Source of the DNA: an uncultured Nitrospinota bacterium | Lineage (GTDB): Bacteria > Tectomicrobia > Entotheonellia > J063 > CAVPRW01 | DNA length: 64,000 nucleotides | Direction of reading: 5' to 3' | Assembly: GCA_963707985.1 (NCBI GenBank) | Contig: CAVPRW010000011.1 | Location: 1-64,000, forward strand | Shown: piece by piece, positions 1-9,831 of the stretch | Layout: every line of letters begins with the position of its first letter | Numbering within the stretch: the first letter of the stretch is position 1 | The notes under the pieces: model-generated | Told to the model about the DNA's origin: nothing | Seen by the model: the letters and a program-made list of their open reading frames with translations, nothing else | Database searches by the model: none | Program-made: the position numbers and the translations under genes

Positions 1-150
1 GGCAGGCTGGCCCACTGGCGCAACCTGTGCGCTAGGAGAAAAAGGGTTGCCAGGGCACCCGTCCCCAGGGCATAGGGGGCATAGCATGGGGCATATTTGC
101 TTGCACGCACAGCACACCAGGAAACATGATTGCCAATGGTCCCCAGAGGG
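1..150. repeat. Diverged copy of a ~150-bp non-coding repeat also present at 11165-11315
   Basis: ggcaggctggcccactggcgcaacctgtgcgctaggag...atgattgccaatggtcccc aligns by eye with ggcaggctggcctactggcccaagccgtgcgtaggag...atggattgccaaggtacc at 11165. Confidence 0.7.
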
Positions 151-1159
151 GCATACGCATGAAGCGAAGAGGAGAACCCGCTCAAGAGATGCGCACCACA
201 GCCGTCTCCCCCCCGTGTTCGGATGGCCTGGGGTGCTGGTCCTGACACGCGGGCAAGGAGACGGCCATGGCTGAACAGTCGTCCAGCGCGCTGACGATAC
301 TCACAGATTTCTTGTCCGCAGCACGTCACGACGACGTGTTGAGCTGTGCGTGAGGCTCGTGCACGCGCCACGCCGTGGCCAGGCTGGCAGCCGCCCACGC
401 CGATGTTGGCGGTCGGCTCACCCAGCAGACCCCCATCTGGGGAAGTGCTGGCTAGCGTCGCGCCACGCTCCCGTGCGCGCCGTGCCGCCCCACGGGGACG
501 AGCCCGCGCGTGCCGCACCCGATCGAGATTGGCGCCAACGCCCAAGGGGCCTCGCGGCTGATGGCCTCGCCTGTCCCCAAGGCGGTCGTCAAGGCCCGGC
601 GGAGCAGCGCGCGGCACACGGCGCGAACAACAGGCCCCCCCCCTGCCCACGCCCACTGGGCCGGGCCTGGACGCTGGTGAGCACCCAGGTGCCCCCGACG
701 ATGGGGCCGCCCCACACCGTCGTCCGGGTCTCGCCTCGTCGCCGGCACGTGGCGTGGCGTGTGAAGGCCTGGAACAGCGCGCTCCCTGGCGCCACGCGCA
801 AGACGCCCCCAGCAGACACGCCCGTCTGTGATCGGTCTGGGCGCAGGCGCTTCAGGCGCCGCAACGCTGCCCGCTGTCCGCCGCGGCGTGCGACGCGAGG
901 GCGGCAACGACCGCGTGCGCGGCGCCTCTGGCCACTGGTGCGGCAGCTCCAGGCGTCAGCCGCGCCGTGGCTGCCGGCCCTCGGTCCGCCGGAGCGCGCG
1001 CGGTGCCGCGTTCGCCGACACGCCGGTGTCAGTGCCGCACGTTTGGGGCGCAAGGCCGCGCGAAAACGCGGTACGACGGCACCACGCCTGCGCGAGAAGT
1101 TGGACCACGCACCCCGTCGCTGGCGCTTTGCTGGAGGCCGTCAACGCTTCGCTTCATGC

Positions 1160-2313
1160 GTATGCCCCGATGGGTACCGCTATGTGACCAAGTACGAGGG
1201 GGTGGACAGGCCCGCTATGAGATCATCCCGGACGAAGCCCGTGTGGTCCGCCAGGTCTTTGCCTGGGTGGGCCACGACCGCCTGACGATTGGGGAGGTCT
1301 GTCGTCGGCTGACCCAGGCGGGCGAGGTGACCCGCACGGGCAAGACCGTGTGGGATCGGAGTGTGGTGTGGGGCATCTTGAAGAATCCGGCCTATCAAGG
1401 GACAGCGGCATTTGGCAAGACGCGCCAGGAGCCGCTGCGGCCCCGGCTGCGCGCCCAGCGCAACCGGCCCGCGCAACCGCGTCGTGCCGTGTCCACGAGT
1501 GATGTCCCACCAGAGGATTGGATCACGATCCCTGTCCCAGCGCTCGTGGAGCCCGAGGTGTTCGCAACGGTCCAGGAGCAGTTGCAGGAGAACAAGCGCC
1601 ATGCCCGGCAATCGCACCGGGGTGCCCTGTATCTGCTGCAAGGCTTGCTGCAATGCCAACACTGTGGCTATGCCTTCTATGGCAAACGCCTCAGTCCGAG
1701 TGCCCGCAAAGGCAAACCGCGCGCGTACGCCTATTACCGCTGCCTGGGCACTGACGCCTACCGTTTTGGCTGGCGAGCGGCTCTGTCAGAATACGCAGGT
1801 ACGGACGGATCTGTTGGACCTGGCGGTGTGGCAGGAAGTCTGTACGTTGCTCGCGCACCCGGAGCGGCTCGCGGAGGAATATCGACGCCGCTTGCAGCCG
1901 GAGACGCGCGCCAAACGCCCGCCGCTGACCACGGTTGAAGGCCAGATCAGCAAGCTGCGCCAGGGCGTCGCCCGGTTGATCGACAGTTATGCGGAGGGCC
2001 TCATCGACAAGGGGGAGTTTGAGCCCAGGATGACCCGCCTGCGCCAACGCCTCGCCCGCCTGGAGGAGCAACGCCAAGCGCTGGCCGATGAGGCCGCCTG
2101 CAGGGGGAATTGCAGCTGATTATTGGCCGTCTCGAGGACTTCGCGGCCAAACTCCATGACGGCTTGGAGGCGGCCGACTGGACGAGCCAACGCGACCTCA
2201 TCCGAGCACTGGTCAAGCGGGTGGAAGTGGCTCGGGATGACGTCAATATTGTGTTTCGGATCGATCCGTACCCGGGCGATGCAGACCCCGAAAAAAAAGT
2301 TGCAACTTTGTAG
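1160..2313 (+). pseudogene. Large serine recombinase, recombinase + zinc-ribbon part; N-terminal catalytic domain not recognisable; frameshifted
   Basis: (P)YGYRYV..ARYEIIPDEARVVRQVF..ILKNPAYQG..VPALV..LLQGLLQCQHCG..YYRC, then coiled coil and RALVKRVEV across ORFs 967-1938, 1412-2119 and 2110-2313. Confidence 0.85.
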
Positions 2314-3296
2314 GGGGAGAGACGCCGCCGCCCTGCGGCGTCCCTGCCTGCGTGCGCGTGACGACCCCACCCGGCCTCACGCCGGCCCTGAGCCATGTGC
2401 CTCTCACGCGCAAGAGGACGGGATCGGCCATACGGTGGGCCACCATTGGTCGTCACCACTGAGGGTGGATAGGGTACGAAGCAGCCGCGCATGTCGGCCT
2501 CGAAGAGAGGTCTCACCGTCGTCGTGACGGAGGGTCTCGCCACGCCCGCAGGGCCTGGTAAGGGCTGCGTCCCGGCCGCAAGCCAGACGAGCCCTCGAGG
2601 AAGTCTCCCTCGCACACCGCTGCGAGGTTCCCGCCACCGCCCGTTGGACCAATCGGTCTTCGACCGTCGGAAGGCCCAGCGGCCTGGTCTGACCGTGCCG
2701 GGTCCCTGCGGGATGGCCACGCGGCGGACCGGACCTGGCGGTCTGCCTTGGCCTGTGCCGCGATCCGATCCAGTGGTGTGGACCTCCTGTGCCGACCTCT
2801 GCGTGCAGGGGATGTGTCCCCGGATCAGCGTCTCGACCTGTCCCGCCGCTTCCCCCTGCACACGGCTTTCCCGTGCGCCGAGTACGATCAGCGGGTCCGA
2901 CGTCCACCGCCGCCTCTGCTCTCTTCTGGTTGGTCCTTTCAGTCGGCAGACTCGGCCATCCCACCCTCTCGGCCAAGACGACGGGGGATCTCCCAGGTGC
3001 CTCGACGCGTCCCTTGCCGTCCGTGCCGTGCTCCGAGACCCCGCCGGGGGCTCCGGCACCCTTGTCCCGCCGGCTGCCGACGGGTGCCCTCCACGTGTTC
3101 GACCTTGGCGGCCCCCGGATGGTCTCACGAGGCTGCATCGCGTCACTGGCGTGACGGCCCGGCCGTCGCTCTATCAACGACTCGCCCCTGTCGTTGCCTC
3201 CAGGCGCTCAAGACTCGATTCCCGGTGAGGTGGCTCGTTCCCCTTGCCGGGGCGGGCATCTCACCCGCTGGAAGCGCCAGGCTTGTCCTGCCACAC
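2314..3296 (-). mobile_element. Group II intron A, 5' part (ribozyme DI-DIII plus decayed RT up to the PQG motif), truncated by the serine recombinase element
   Basis: 5' end GTGTGGCAGGACAAGCCTGGCGC at 3296; DII/III-like GTCGGACCCGCTGATCGTACTC..GGGAAAGCCG; RT remnants RPLGLPTVEDRLVQRAV and AGTPQGGGVSP. Confidence 0.8.
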
Positions 3297-4492
3297 CGAA
3301 AAACTGGCGCAAATCGGCATCACAATCCAAGCATCCCCGTGTTCAGCTCCTGCCAGACCTTGCGCATCGCGTCATGGGGTGAACGCCCCGCGCGATACCC
3401 AAAGGAGCTGTCCAGGAACGTGGGTTCAAAGATCGGTTCCACCCGCTGGACTATCGCCTGCTGGCAGACCCGATCCAACACACTGGGGATGCCCAGCTTT
3501 CGGACGCCGCCCTTGGATTTTGGGATTCGACTCGCTTCACGGGTTTCGGCTGGTATGTCCCGTCCCGCAGCTTCTGGTGCAGGAGCTCCAGATACTCCTC
3601 CTTGCGAGCCTCAAACTGCGCGATGGTGACGTCGTCAATGCCCGCACTGCCCCAGTTTTTCTTGACCTTCTCCCAAGCCAGCTCCAGATTCTTCCGACTG
3701 AACACCTAGTCAATCAGCGAGTGGACTTTCCGCTTCTTCCCTTGCCTTGTCTTCGATGCTGGTGGGGCCTGCCCTTTCCCGGCATCCTCAGTCCTGATGT
3801 TGGGTCTTTCACGCATGGAACTCTCCAATCTCCCAGTCCTTACTCGCCGTTTCCCAGCGTTTCCCACGCACAACAGAGCACGGGGCCTTCCCCCTCTGCT
3901 GGACCTTTTGCGCCCAGCAGCGCCGCTGCTCAAGGCAACGATCCGAGGCTTTTTGCTGTGACCTCGTTCCTGAGGAGTATGCCCCGCTCCGACTCCTGGC
4001 ACCGCCTCGGCCGGAATTTCGCTCGCGCTTATATCCACGCCTACCTCCCGGTGGCTGCAGGTCGAGGTTTGTGTGCCCCGTTGCCCGCCCATTCGTCTGC
4101 GGGTGTCACACGATGTCGACCATACCTGCCGTTCGGACGATACCAGGTCTCCCTGGGTCACCCATGCCTCTTCCCCACCGTGTCGCCCGCACACACCCTG
4201 GTACGCCGGGGAGAAACCCATGCGCCTTCGCCTCCATAGTGCAGGCTCGACCATTCCCCGTCTTTGGCCGACCGGTTCATCGTCGGGATAGCTCCCATCG
4301 ATGACGACCCGGTGGTTCTCCGCAGGCCCTTCAGACCCCACCTCGCGGTGGGCGCCCTGCCCTCCAGCGAACTGCACGAGGTGGCTCCAGGTTCCCCTTG
4401 GCGGTGTCCCGCTTTCGCGTTCGTGCCCGTGTAGGGTGCTCCATCCCTTCCCTCGTGCTCTGGCCGGTGAAGCATTACCCCCACCTTTGGAT
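3297..4492 (-). mobile_element. Group II intron B, partial (RNA 5' region plus RT N-terminus), interrupted by intron A and cut by IS21
   Basis: RT0-RT3 motifs NLELAWEKVKKN.GSAGID, GTYQPKPVKRVE, LGIPSVLDRVCQQA, SFGYRAGRSPHDA, WIVDADLRQFF; long structured non-coding leader at 3720-4492. Confidence 0.85.
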
Positions 4493-4716
4493 TGCGTATT
4501 CCGCGCCAAAGATGCCACCGATTCCAGGTGAATCCTGCCACTGATTCCACGGCAAAGCTGCCACTGATTCCAGACGAAAGCTGCCACTGATTCCATAGCA
4601 AGCCTGCCACCGATTCTACAGGAATGCTGCCACCCCATACGGGGCGTGGAGCTGACACGACGCCGGGCGAACCCCTCGGTATTCTGCGCCTTTCTCAACC
4701 CCAGAGGGAGGAGCAG

Positions 4717-6283
4717 ATGCCTGCACAAAGGTGAGCCATGCGTCACGTGTATGAGGTGTGGCGTCTCAAATGGGACCAGGGGCTGAGTGAGCGTAAGATC
4801 GCCCAGAGTCTTGGCATCAGTCGACCCACGGTCGCCGAGTATGTGCGTCGGGCACAGGCCGCTGGCCTGTCATGGCCTTTACCCGCGACCTGCGATGTGG
4901 GGACACTGGAGCGGTTGCTGTTTCCATCTGTCTCGGCCAGAGCTCCGGCAACGCACCTGGTCCCCGATTGGGCCGCGGTGCACCACGAACTCAAGCACAA
5001 GGGTGTCACCTTGTTGCTGCTGTGGCAGGACGATAAGGCCGCCACGCCCGAGGGCTTGCAGTACAGGTGGTGTTGTCAAACCTACCGAGCCTGGGCGAGC
5101 CAGCTGGATCTCGTCATGCGGCAGACTCACCGCGCGGGTGAGAAGCTCTTGGTGGATGACGCCGGTCAGAGCATCCCAGTCGTCAACCGCCATAGCGGTG
5201 AGGTGCACGAGGCGGTCATGTTTGTTGCGGTCCTGGGGGCCTCCAGCTACACCTCCGCCGAAGCCACCTGGACCCAGAGTCTGCCTGACTGGATCAGCTC
5301 GCACGTGCGGACCTTTGCGGCGCTCGGCGGGGTCCCCGAGATCGTCGTCCCCGATCACCGCAAAGCGGCTGTGACCCGTGCCCACCGCGATGCACCCGAG
5401 AGCAATCGGACCGACACGGATCTCGCGCAGCACGACGGCTTCGCCGTGATCCCTGCACGGGCGGCCAAGCCACGAGAGAAGGCGCAGGTCGAAGTGGGAG
5501 TGCAAGTCGTGGAACGCTGGATACTGGCCCGACGGCGGCATCACACCTGCTTCGCGCTGGCCGAGGTCCATGCGGCCCTCGTGCCCCTCCTGTCGACACT
5601 CAATGCCCGCCCCTTCAAGACACGGCCTGGCTCACGCCAGGAGCTGTTTGACACACTCGAGCGCCCGGCGCTCCGGCCCCTGCCTGCGCAGCCCTATGAG
5701 GTATGCCGAGTGGAAGCTCGCCCGTGTCAATATTGATGACCACGTGGAGGTCGACGGCCATGACGACTCCGTGCCCTACGCGTGGGTGCGCCAGCCACTG
5801 GACGTCCGCCTGAGTGCCTCCGCGGTGGAGTTCTGCGCCAAGGGGAAACGTGTCGCCAGCCACCGGCGCTCTCCCCACACAGGCCGCCATCGTACGGTCG
5901 CCGCGCAGATGCCGCGCGCGCACCAACACGATGCCGAATGGACGCCCCAACGCTTGATCCACTGGGCGGCCACCCGTGGCCCAGCGACCGCACAGGTCGT
6001 CGACACCATGCTGGCCTCACGGCCGCATCCCCAACAAGGGTTCCGTTCCTGTTGAGGGATCATGCGGCTGGGCACAAGCGACAGCCCCGAGCGTCTCGCA
6101 GCAGCCTGTCGGCGGGCGCTCACGCTCGGGGCTTGTTCCTATAAACGTCTGGAATCGATCCTCACAAAAGGACTCGATCGTCAGCCGTTGCCGCCGCCGC
6201 CCGACGTCATCGCGCGTCCTCCCCATCCCAATATCCGTGGCCCCCAATACTCTACGAATGATGAGAGAGGAGACCCCTCATGC
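4717..6283 (+). pseudogene. istA: IS21 transposase IstA with nonsense codons, a frameshift and many missense changes
   Basis: MPAQR*AMR..HRAGEKLLVD..FVAVLGASSYT..GGVPEIVVPD..KPREKAQVEVGV..AEWKLARVNID..NIRGPQY. Confidence 0.9.
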
Positions 6284-7035
6284 GCACGCATCCCACCCTC
6301 GACACACGGCAGACCCTGCGACTCACGGGTCTGTATCAGGCCCTCGTCGAGCCACTCCAGATGCCCGACATCGCGACCCTCACCTTCGAGGAGCGCTTCG
6401 GGCTCCTGGTCGACCGCGAGTGCACGGCGCGGGAACACCGGCGGCTGACCACACGCGTGCGCCAGGCCACGCGGCGCCAGACCGCCTGTATCGAAGATCT
6501 CGACGATCGGCATCCACGGGGATTGGATACGTCCCTCATCGCCCGCCTCGCCCCATGCCAATGGGTGCGGGAGCGTCACAACGTCCTCATCACCGGCCCG
6601 ACCGGGATTGGCAACACCTGGCTGGGCTGTGCGTTGGGCCATCACGCGTGTCGCGACGGCTTGACCGCGCTCGACCTCCGCCTCCCCAGGTTCCTCCAAG
6701 AATTGCCCATGGCGAAGGGCGATGGACGCGATGGGAAGCGGCTGACGGCGCTGGCCAACACCGACGTGTTGATTCTGGATGACTGGGGGCTGGCGCCGTT
6801 CAGCGAGGAAAACCGGCGGGATGTACTGGAGATCGTTGAAGATCGCCATGATCGCCGGGCCACGCTGATCACCAGCCAACTGCCCGTGGAGCACGGGCAT
6901 GACGCCCTGGGGGATCCGACGCTGGCCGACGCGATTCTTGACCGCCTGGTGCATCATGCCGACAAGATCGCCTTGCACGGGGAGTCGATGCGAAAACGGC
7001 CGGCCAAGTTGACCAGAGAAGCCATGTCAGAGTAA
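6280..7035 (+). pseudogene. istB: IS21 helper ATPase IstB; ORF open but Walker A lysine lost
   Basis: GPTGIGNT (Walker A K->N), LILDDWG Walker B, ITSQLP, DPTLADAILDRLVH. Confidence 0.9.
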
Positions 7036-7339
7036 CAATCGCGACCCGGCGTCGCGCGGCGCCGACGGTGGCAGGCTTCGCCTGGCGGGGGTGGCAACCT
7101 TCCCGTGGTCCACGTGGCAGCGTTCACGCGGACTGGGTGGAAGGCTTCACGTGGATTGAGTGGCAACGTTCCCATGGATTGGGTGGCAGACATCCGTGGA
7201 ATATGCAAGGGTCAGAGTGCCAGGAGTTCAGGGCCATCATACTGCTCCCTCGACCTCACACAGGCAGTCGGGCCTTAGCCACCCAGCGCGCACGCTGAAA
7301 CGACGCTGAGGGCGTGGCCTACATGCACTGCACGCGCGC

Positions 7340-8090
7340 GTGCACCGTCCCTATGCAGCGAACGGTGCCGAACAAGCCGCTCATATAGCGATTACGCCCA
7401 TCCGGGCCGATGGCAAAGGACACCTTGTCAAGATCATCGATTTCCTCCCGCAGCAGGAGACGGTGTTCCGTGATGAGCTGATAGGCCGGCATGTTCACCG
7501 GCAACCCACGATAGTCGATTTCAGCAGAGGCCTTCACATAATCGCCCCGAATCAACGCATACGCTAGCGCGATCTTGGGTGCAAGCGCCTGACAGATCGG
7601 TATCAGGACCATGGTATCTTCGGCACAGTAGTCTACCAACGCCCGTTGTTCATCAGTCGTGAATGGCGCTCCACGGATGGCAACGGCGCGCATGGCGTCC
7701 TTCTGCGCTTTATTCATGAAGGGGACATGCAGCAGCTTCGCACAATCGGGAAGCGCCAGAAACGTCGTTGGCAGTATCCCATTTGTCAGGTTCCGCATTT
7801 CAACATTGAGGTCAAGGACGTATCGCGGGAAAGGCGACCCCAGCACTTTGAACACCAACAATTCTGCCGTCGCTGTGTGGGCGACGAACAGTGTGTGTGA
7901 GGACTTGAGCGCTGGGAGACAGGTCAAGCCTCTCTGCTCCCACGTCCACAGGCGCGTCTCCCGACGAGCGCGCCACTCATAGAAGACGATACAGATCGGT
8001 CGCGGCAGATGGCCAGCCAGCGCGCAATATTACGTGTCACAGAAGACGACCTCGTCGAAATCTTCAAAGGCGCGCGGGTACCTCCTGAGC
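7340..8090 (-). pseudogene. Phage/IME-type family A DNA polymerase fragment (3'-5' exonuclease region), truncated
   Basis: VVFCDT*Y (Exo I DxE with E->stop), LFVAHTATAEL, DYCAEDT, IGPDGRNR..GLFGT, then an abrupt end. Confidence 0.7.
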
Positions 8091-8093
8091 CAC

Positions 8094-8714
8094 CTATTCG
8101 ACTTCGAGCACGTGGCACAGTGTATGGTCGAGGGAATCCACCAAATGGTCACCGAATGCCAGGAGCAAGAGCTCCTGCAAATTTTCTCCTCGCCACTTGG
8201 GATCACCGTGACCCCTGATGGAACGCGTGGCTTGGTATCTGGAGCCCCCTTTTCCAGAAAGGAGGCGCATCCACGACGTTTGCGCCATCTCAGCAATGTA
8301 AATGGCCGATTTGTACCAACTGTCTCCAAACCCCTCGACGATCTTAATCGGCCACAAGAACAAGGTCCCCGTGGTCGTGACGCAGGTATAGATCACGTGT
8401 GCTCGGGCGATCCCACCAAATTTGGTGGCTAATGTCGGGTGAATGAAATAGAGGCGTCGGCTGAGCGCGGGATCATCCCCTCGGTAATCGACCAGCAACA
8501 TCTTTGCCTTCCATTCCGCGCCCAGCCTCGTGCGAAAATGATCGTGCTCCTTCGGTCGATGGGCGCCACAGGTGGTCAGCACGGCCTCTTCATCCAGGCC
8601 GTCTATGTCCTCAGTAAGGATAAAGCCGCTGATCTTGTCGAGTTTCCCGGTGTCGCGCTCGTTAAAAGGAGGTGTACCGTTTGAGGGCACTTCTGGTGTA
8701 CCGTTTGAGGGCAC
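8094..8714 (-). CDS. Hypothetical protein of the integrative element, immediately upstream of the PolA fragment
   Basis: 206-aa ORF with G.LFLWP and SWYKSA..A..AQTSWMRL segments; 21-bp tandem duplication at 8671-8718 (EVPSNGTP x2). Confidence 0.55.
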   Translation of the reverse strand: MPSNGTPEVPSNGTPPFNERDTGKLDKISGFILTEDIDGLDEEAVLTTCGAHRPKEHDHFRTRLGAEWKAKMLLVDYRGDDPALSRRLYFIHPTLATKFGGIARAHVIYTCVTTTGTLFLWPIKIVEGFGDSWYKSAIYIAEMAQTSWMRLLSGKGGSRYQATRSIRGHGDPKWRGENLQELLLLAFGDHLVDSLDHTLCHVLEVE

Positions 8715-8854
8715 TTCTACTGGTGATTAGACTAGCATTTGATGCTCCTCTGAGCGTATCATGCGATCGTTTCCTTCAATAGTTTCGCGCTCGGAGGACA
8801 GTTTAGGGCATGAAAAGCGGAAAAAAACAAGAAAGAAATAAAGGGAGTTAAAAA

Positions 8855-9439
8855 TTAACCCCTCTGGCAGGCGTTCCTGACAAGGTCGGACCACAGTATG
8901 CCGAACTCATGGCAAGCATTACGCAGCGTGCGCTGATCTACACCGAGGAGTTCGGCGACACGATGTTGTGCGGGACGTAGGCCTAAGTGCCGAAGTCGGG
9001 CAATCTGCTGACCGGCACGCTGTCGCAACTCTTCCTCGCTTTGGAAAAACCCACTCTGTCGTGGCCGACCCCTCCGTTCCCACGGCGATAAAGGGTTCAA
9101 GTCCTTCGCGTGCATGCAACGTGCGACGGTGCCCACAAGGAAGAGGCCCACGAGCTGAGTCGGGGCAAACAACTTGACAAATTCGGCTACCTTTTCCCGC
9201 AAGTAAACTTCTACGATGTTGAGGCGCGACTCGCCATCCTGCGGCAGCCTCTTGTCAATTTCTCGAAATTCCACTTCATCCTCTGGCGCCACCACGATGT
9301 TGTCCGCAGTATGAGCCAGAAAAGAACGCAGGGCGGCTAGCCATGCCACCCGAAGAGGCTTATGATCCCTCAATGCTTGGCTGAAGGCCTCCTGCTGTTG
9401 GCGCCGTCGTTTTCGAGGGTCGGCAGACGTCGGTGGCAT
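8855..9439 (-). CDS. Hypothetical protein with C-terminal helix-turn-helix
   Basis: GGAGGAG RBS; C-terminal QHRVAELLGVDQRTLRN. Confidence 0.6.
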   Translation of the reverse strand: MPPTSADPRKRRRQQQEAFSQALRDHKPLRVAWLAALRSFLAHTADNIVVAPEDEVEFREIDKRLPQDGESRLNIVEVYLREKVAEFVKLFAPTQLVGLFLVGTVARCMHAKDLNPLSPWERRGRPRQSGFFQSEEELRQRAGQQIARLRHLGLRPAQHRVAELLGVDQRTLRNACHEFGILWSDLVRNACQRG

Positions 9440-9474
9440 AATACTCCTCCCATTGGAGTGCCCGAGGAAAGGGG

Positions 9475-9527
9475 CTCTGGCCAGGCTGTCGGGAACGACT
9501 TTTCAGGTGCGCACCCCTAGGCCAGAG
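9475..9527 (-). ncRNA. Candidate c4/CI-like structured leader or antisense RNA
   Basis: 8-bp closing stem CTCTGGCC/GGCCAGAG around two short hairpins; internal CCCGA is complementary to TCGGG just upstream of the RBS of the 9439 ORF. Confidence 0.35.
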
Positions 9528-9730
9528 TACGTTGACGAAAACTAGCGAGTTAATGTACCTGCTGATCCCATAACCAGCAAGACTGTCACTATTTTGTCAC
9601 CATCATAGCCTCACCGTCCCTCACATGCGCACATATACGCCAACCAGGCAAATGCGGTGTAAGCCACGTCTTTCCTGGCAATGCGGTCATAGGGGCCGAC
9701 TCGCGTATGATGTTCATTTTCCGCTGAATC

Positions 9731-9791
9731 GGACTCAAAATCCCGCGGGGGCCAGCCCTCCGTGTCGGTTCGAGTCCGACCTCCGACACCA
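9731..9791 (+). tRNA. tRNA-Leu(CAA) 3' fragment (att-site duplication), not a complete tRNA
   Basis: GGACTCAAAATCCC anticodon arm, long variable arm, GTCGGTTCGAGTCCGAC T-arm and CCA end; 5' acceptor strand and D-arm absent. Confidence 0.85.
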
Positions 9792-9831
9792 GTTATCTCA
9801 GGTAGTTACAGCACACTGAGGTCCCTCCTCA

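Larger units (their letters stand above)
4493..7207 (+). mobile_element. IS21-family insertion sequence (decayed)
   Basis: Terminal IRs TGCGTATTCC (4493) and GGAATATGCA (7198-7207); ~22-bp tandem TGCCAC(C/T)GATTCC repeats at the left end with inverted counterparts at the right end; istA and istB inside; no target-site duplication seen. Confidence 0.92.

Noticed and set aside
4500..4640. Regular ~22-bp repeats resembling a CRISPR array
   Set aside because: No unique spacers of 25-40 bp and no cas genes; they are IS21 subterminal transposase-binding repeats.
350..4750. Long Arg/Pro/Gly-rich ORFs (350-1285, 2001-3146, 2748-3629, 3244-4239, 3706-4746)
   Set aside because: Shadow ORFs of GC-rich intron and decayed DNA with no protein motifs of their own.
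2314..7207. Diversity-generating retroelement as the cause of the mutations
   Set aside because: The RTs are group II intron type and broken, no TR/VR pair or avd is seen, and the changes are A->C and T->G over kilobases rather than strand-specific A->N in a short VR.
9697..9791. Complete tRNA-Leu gene
   Set aside because: The 5' acceptor strand and D-arm are missing.
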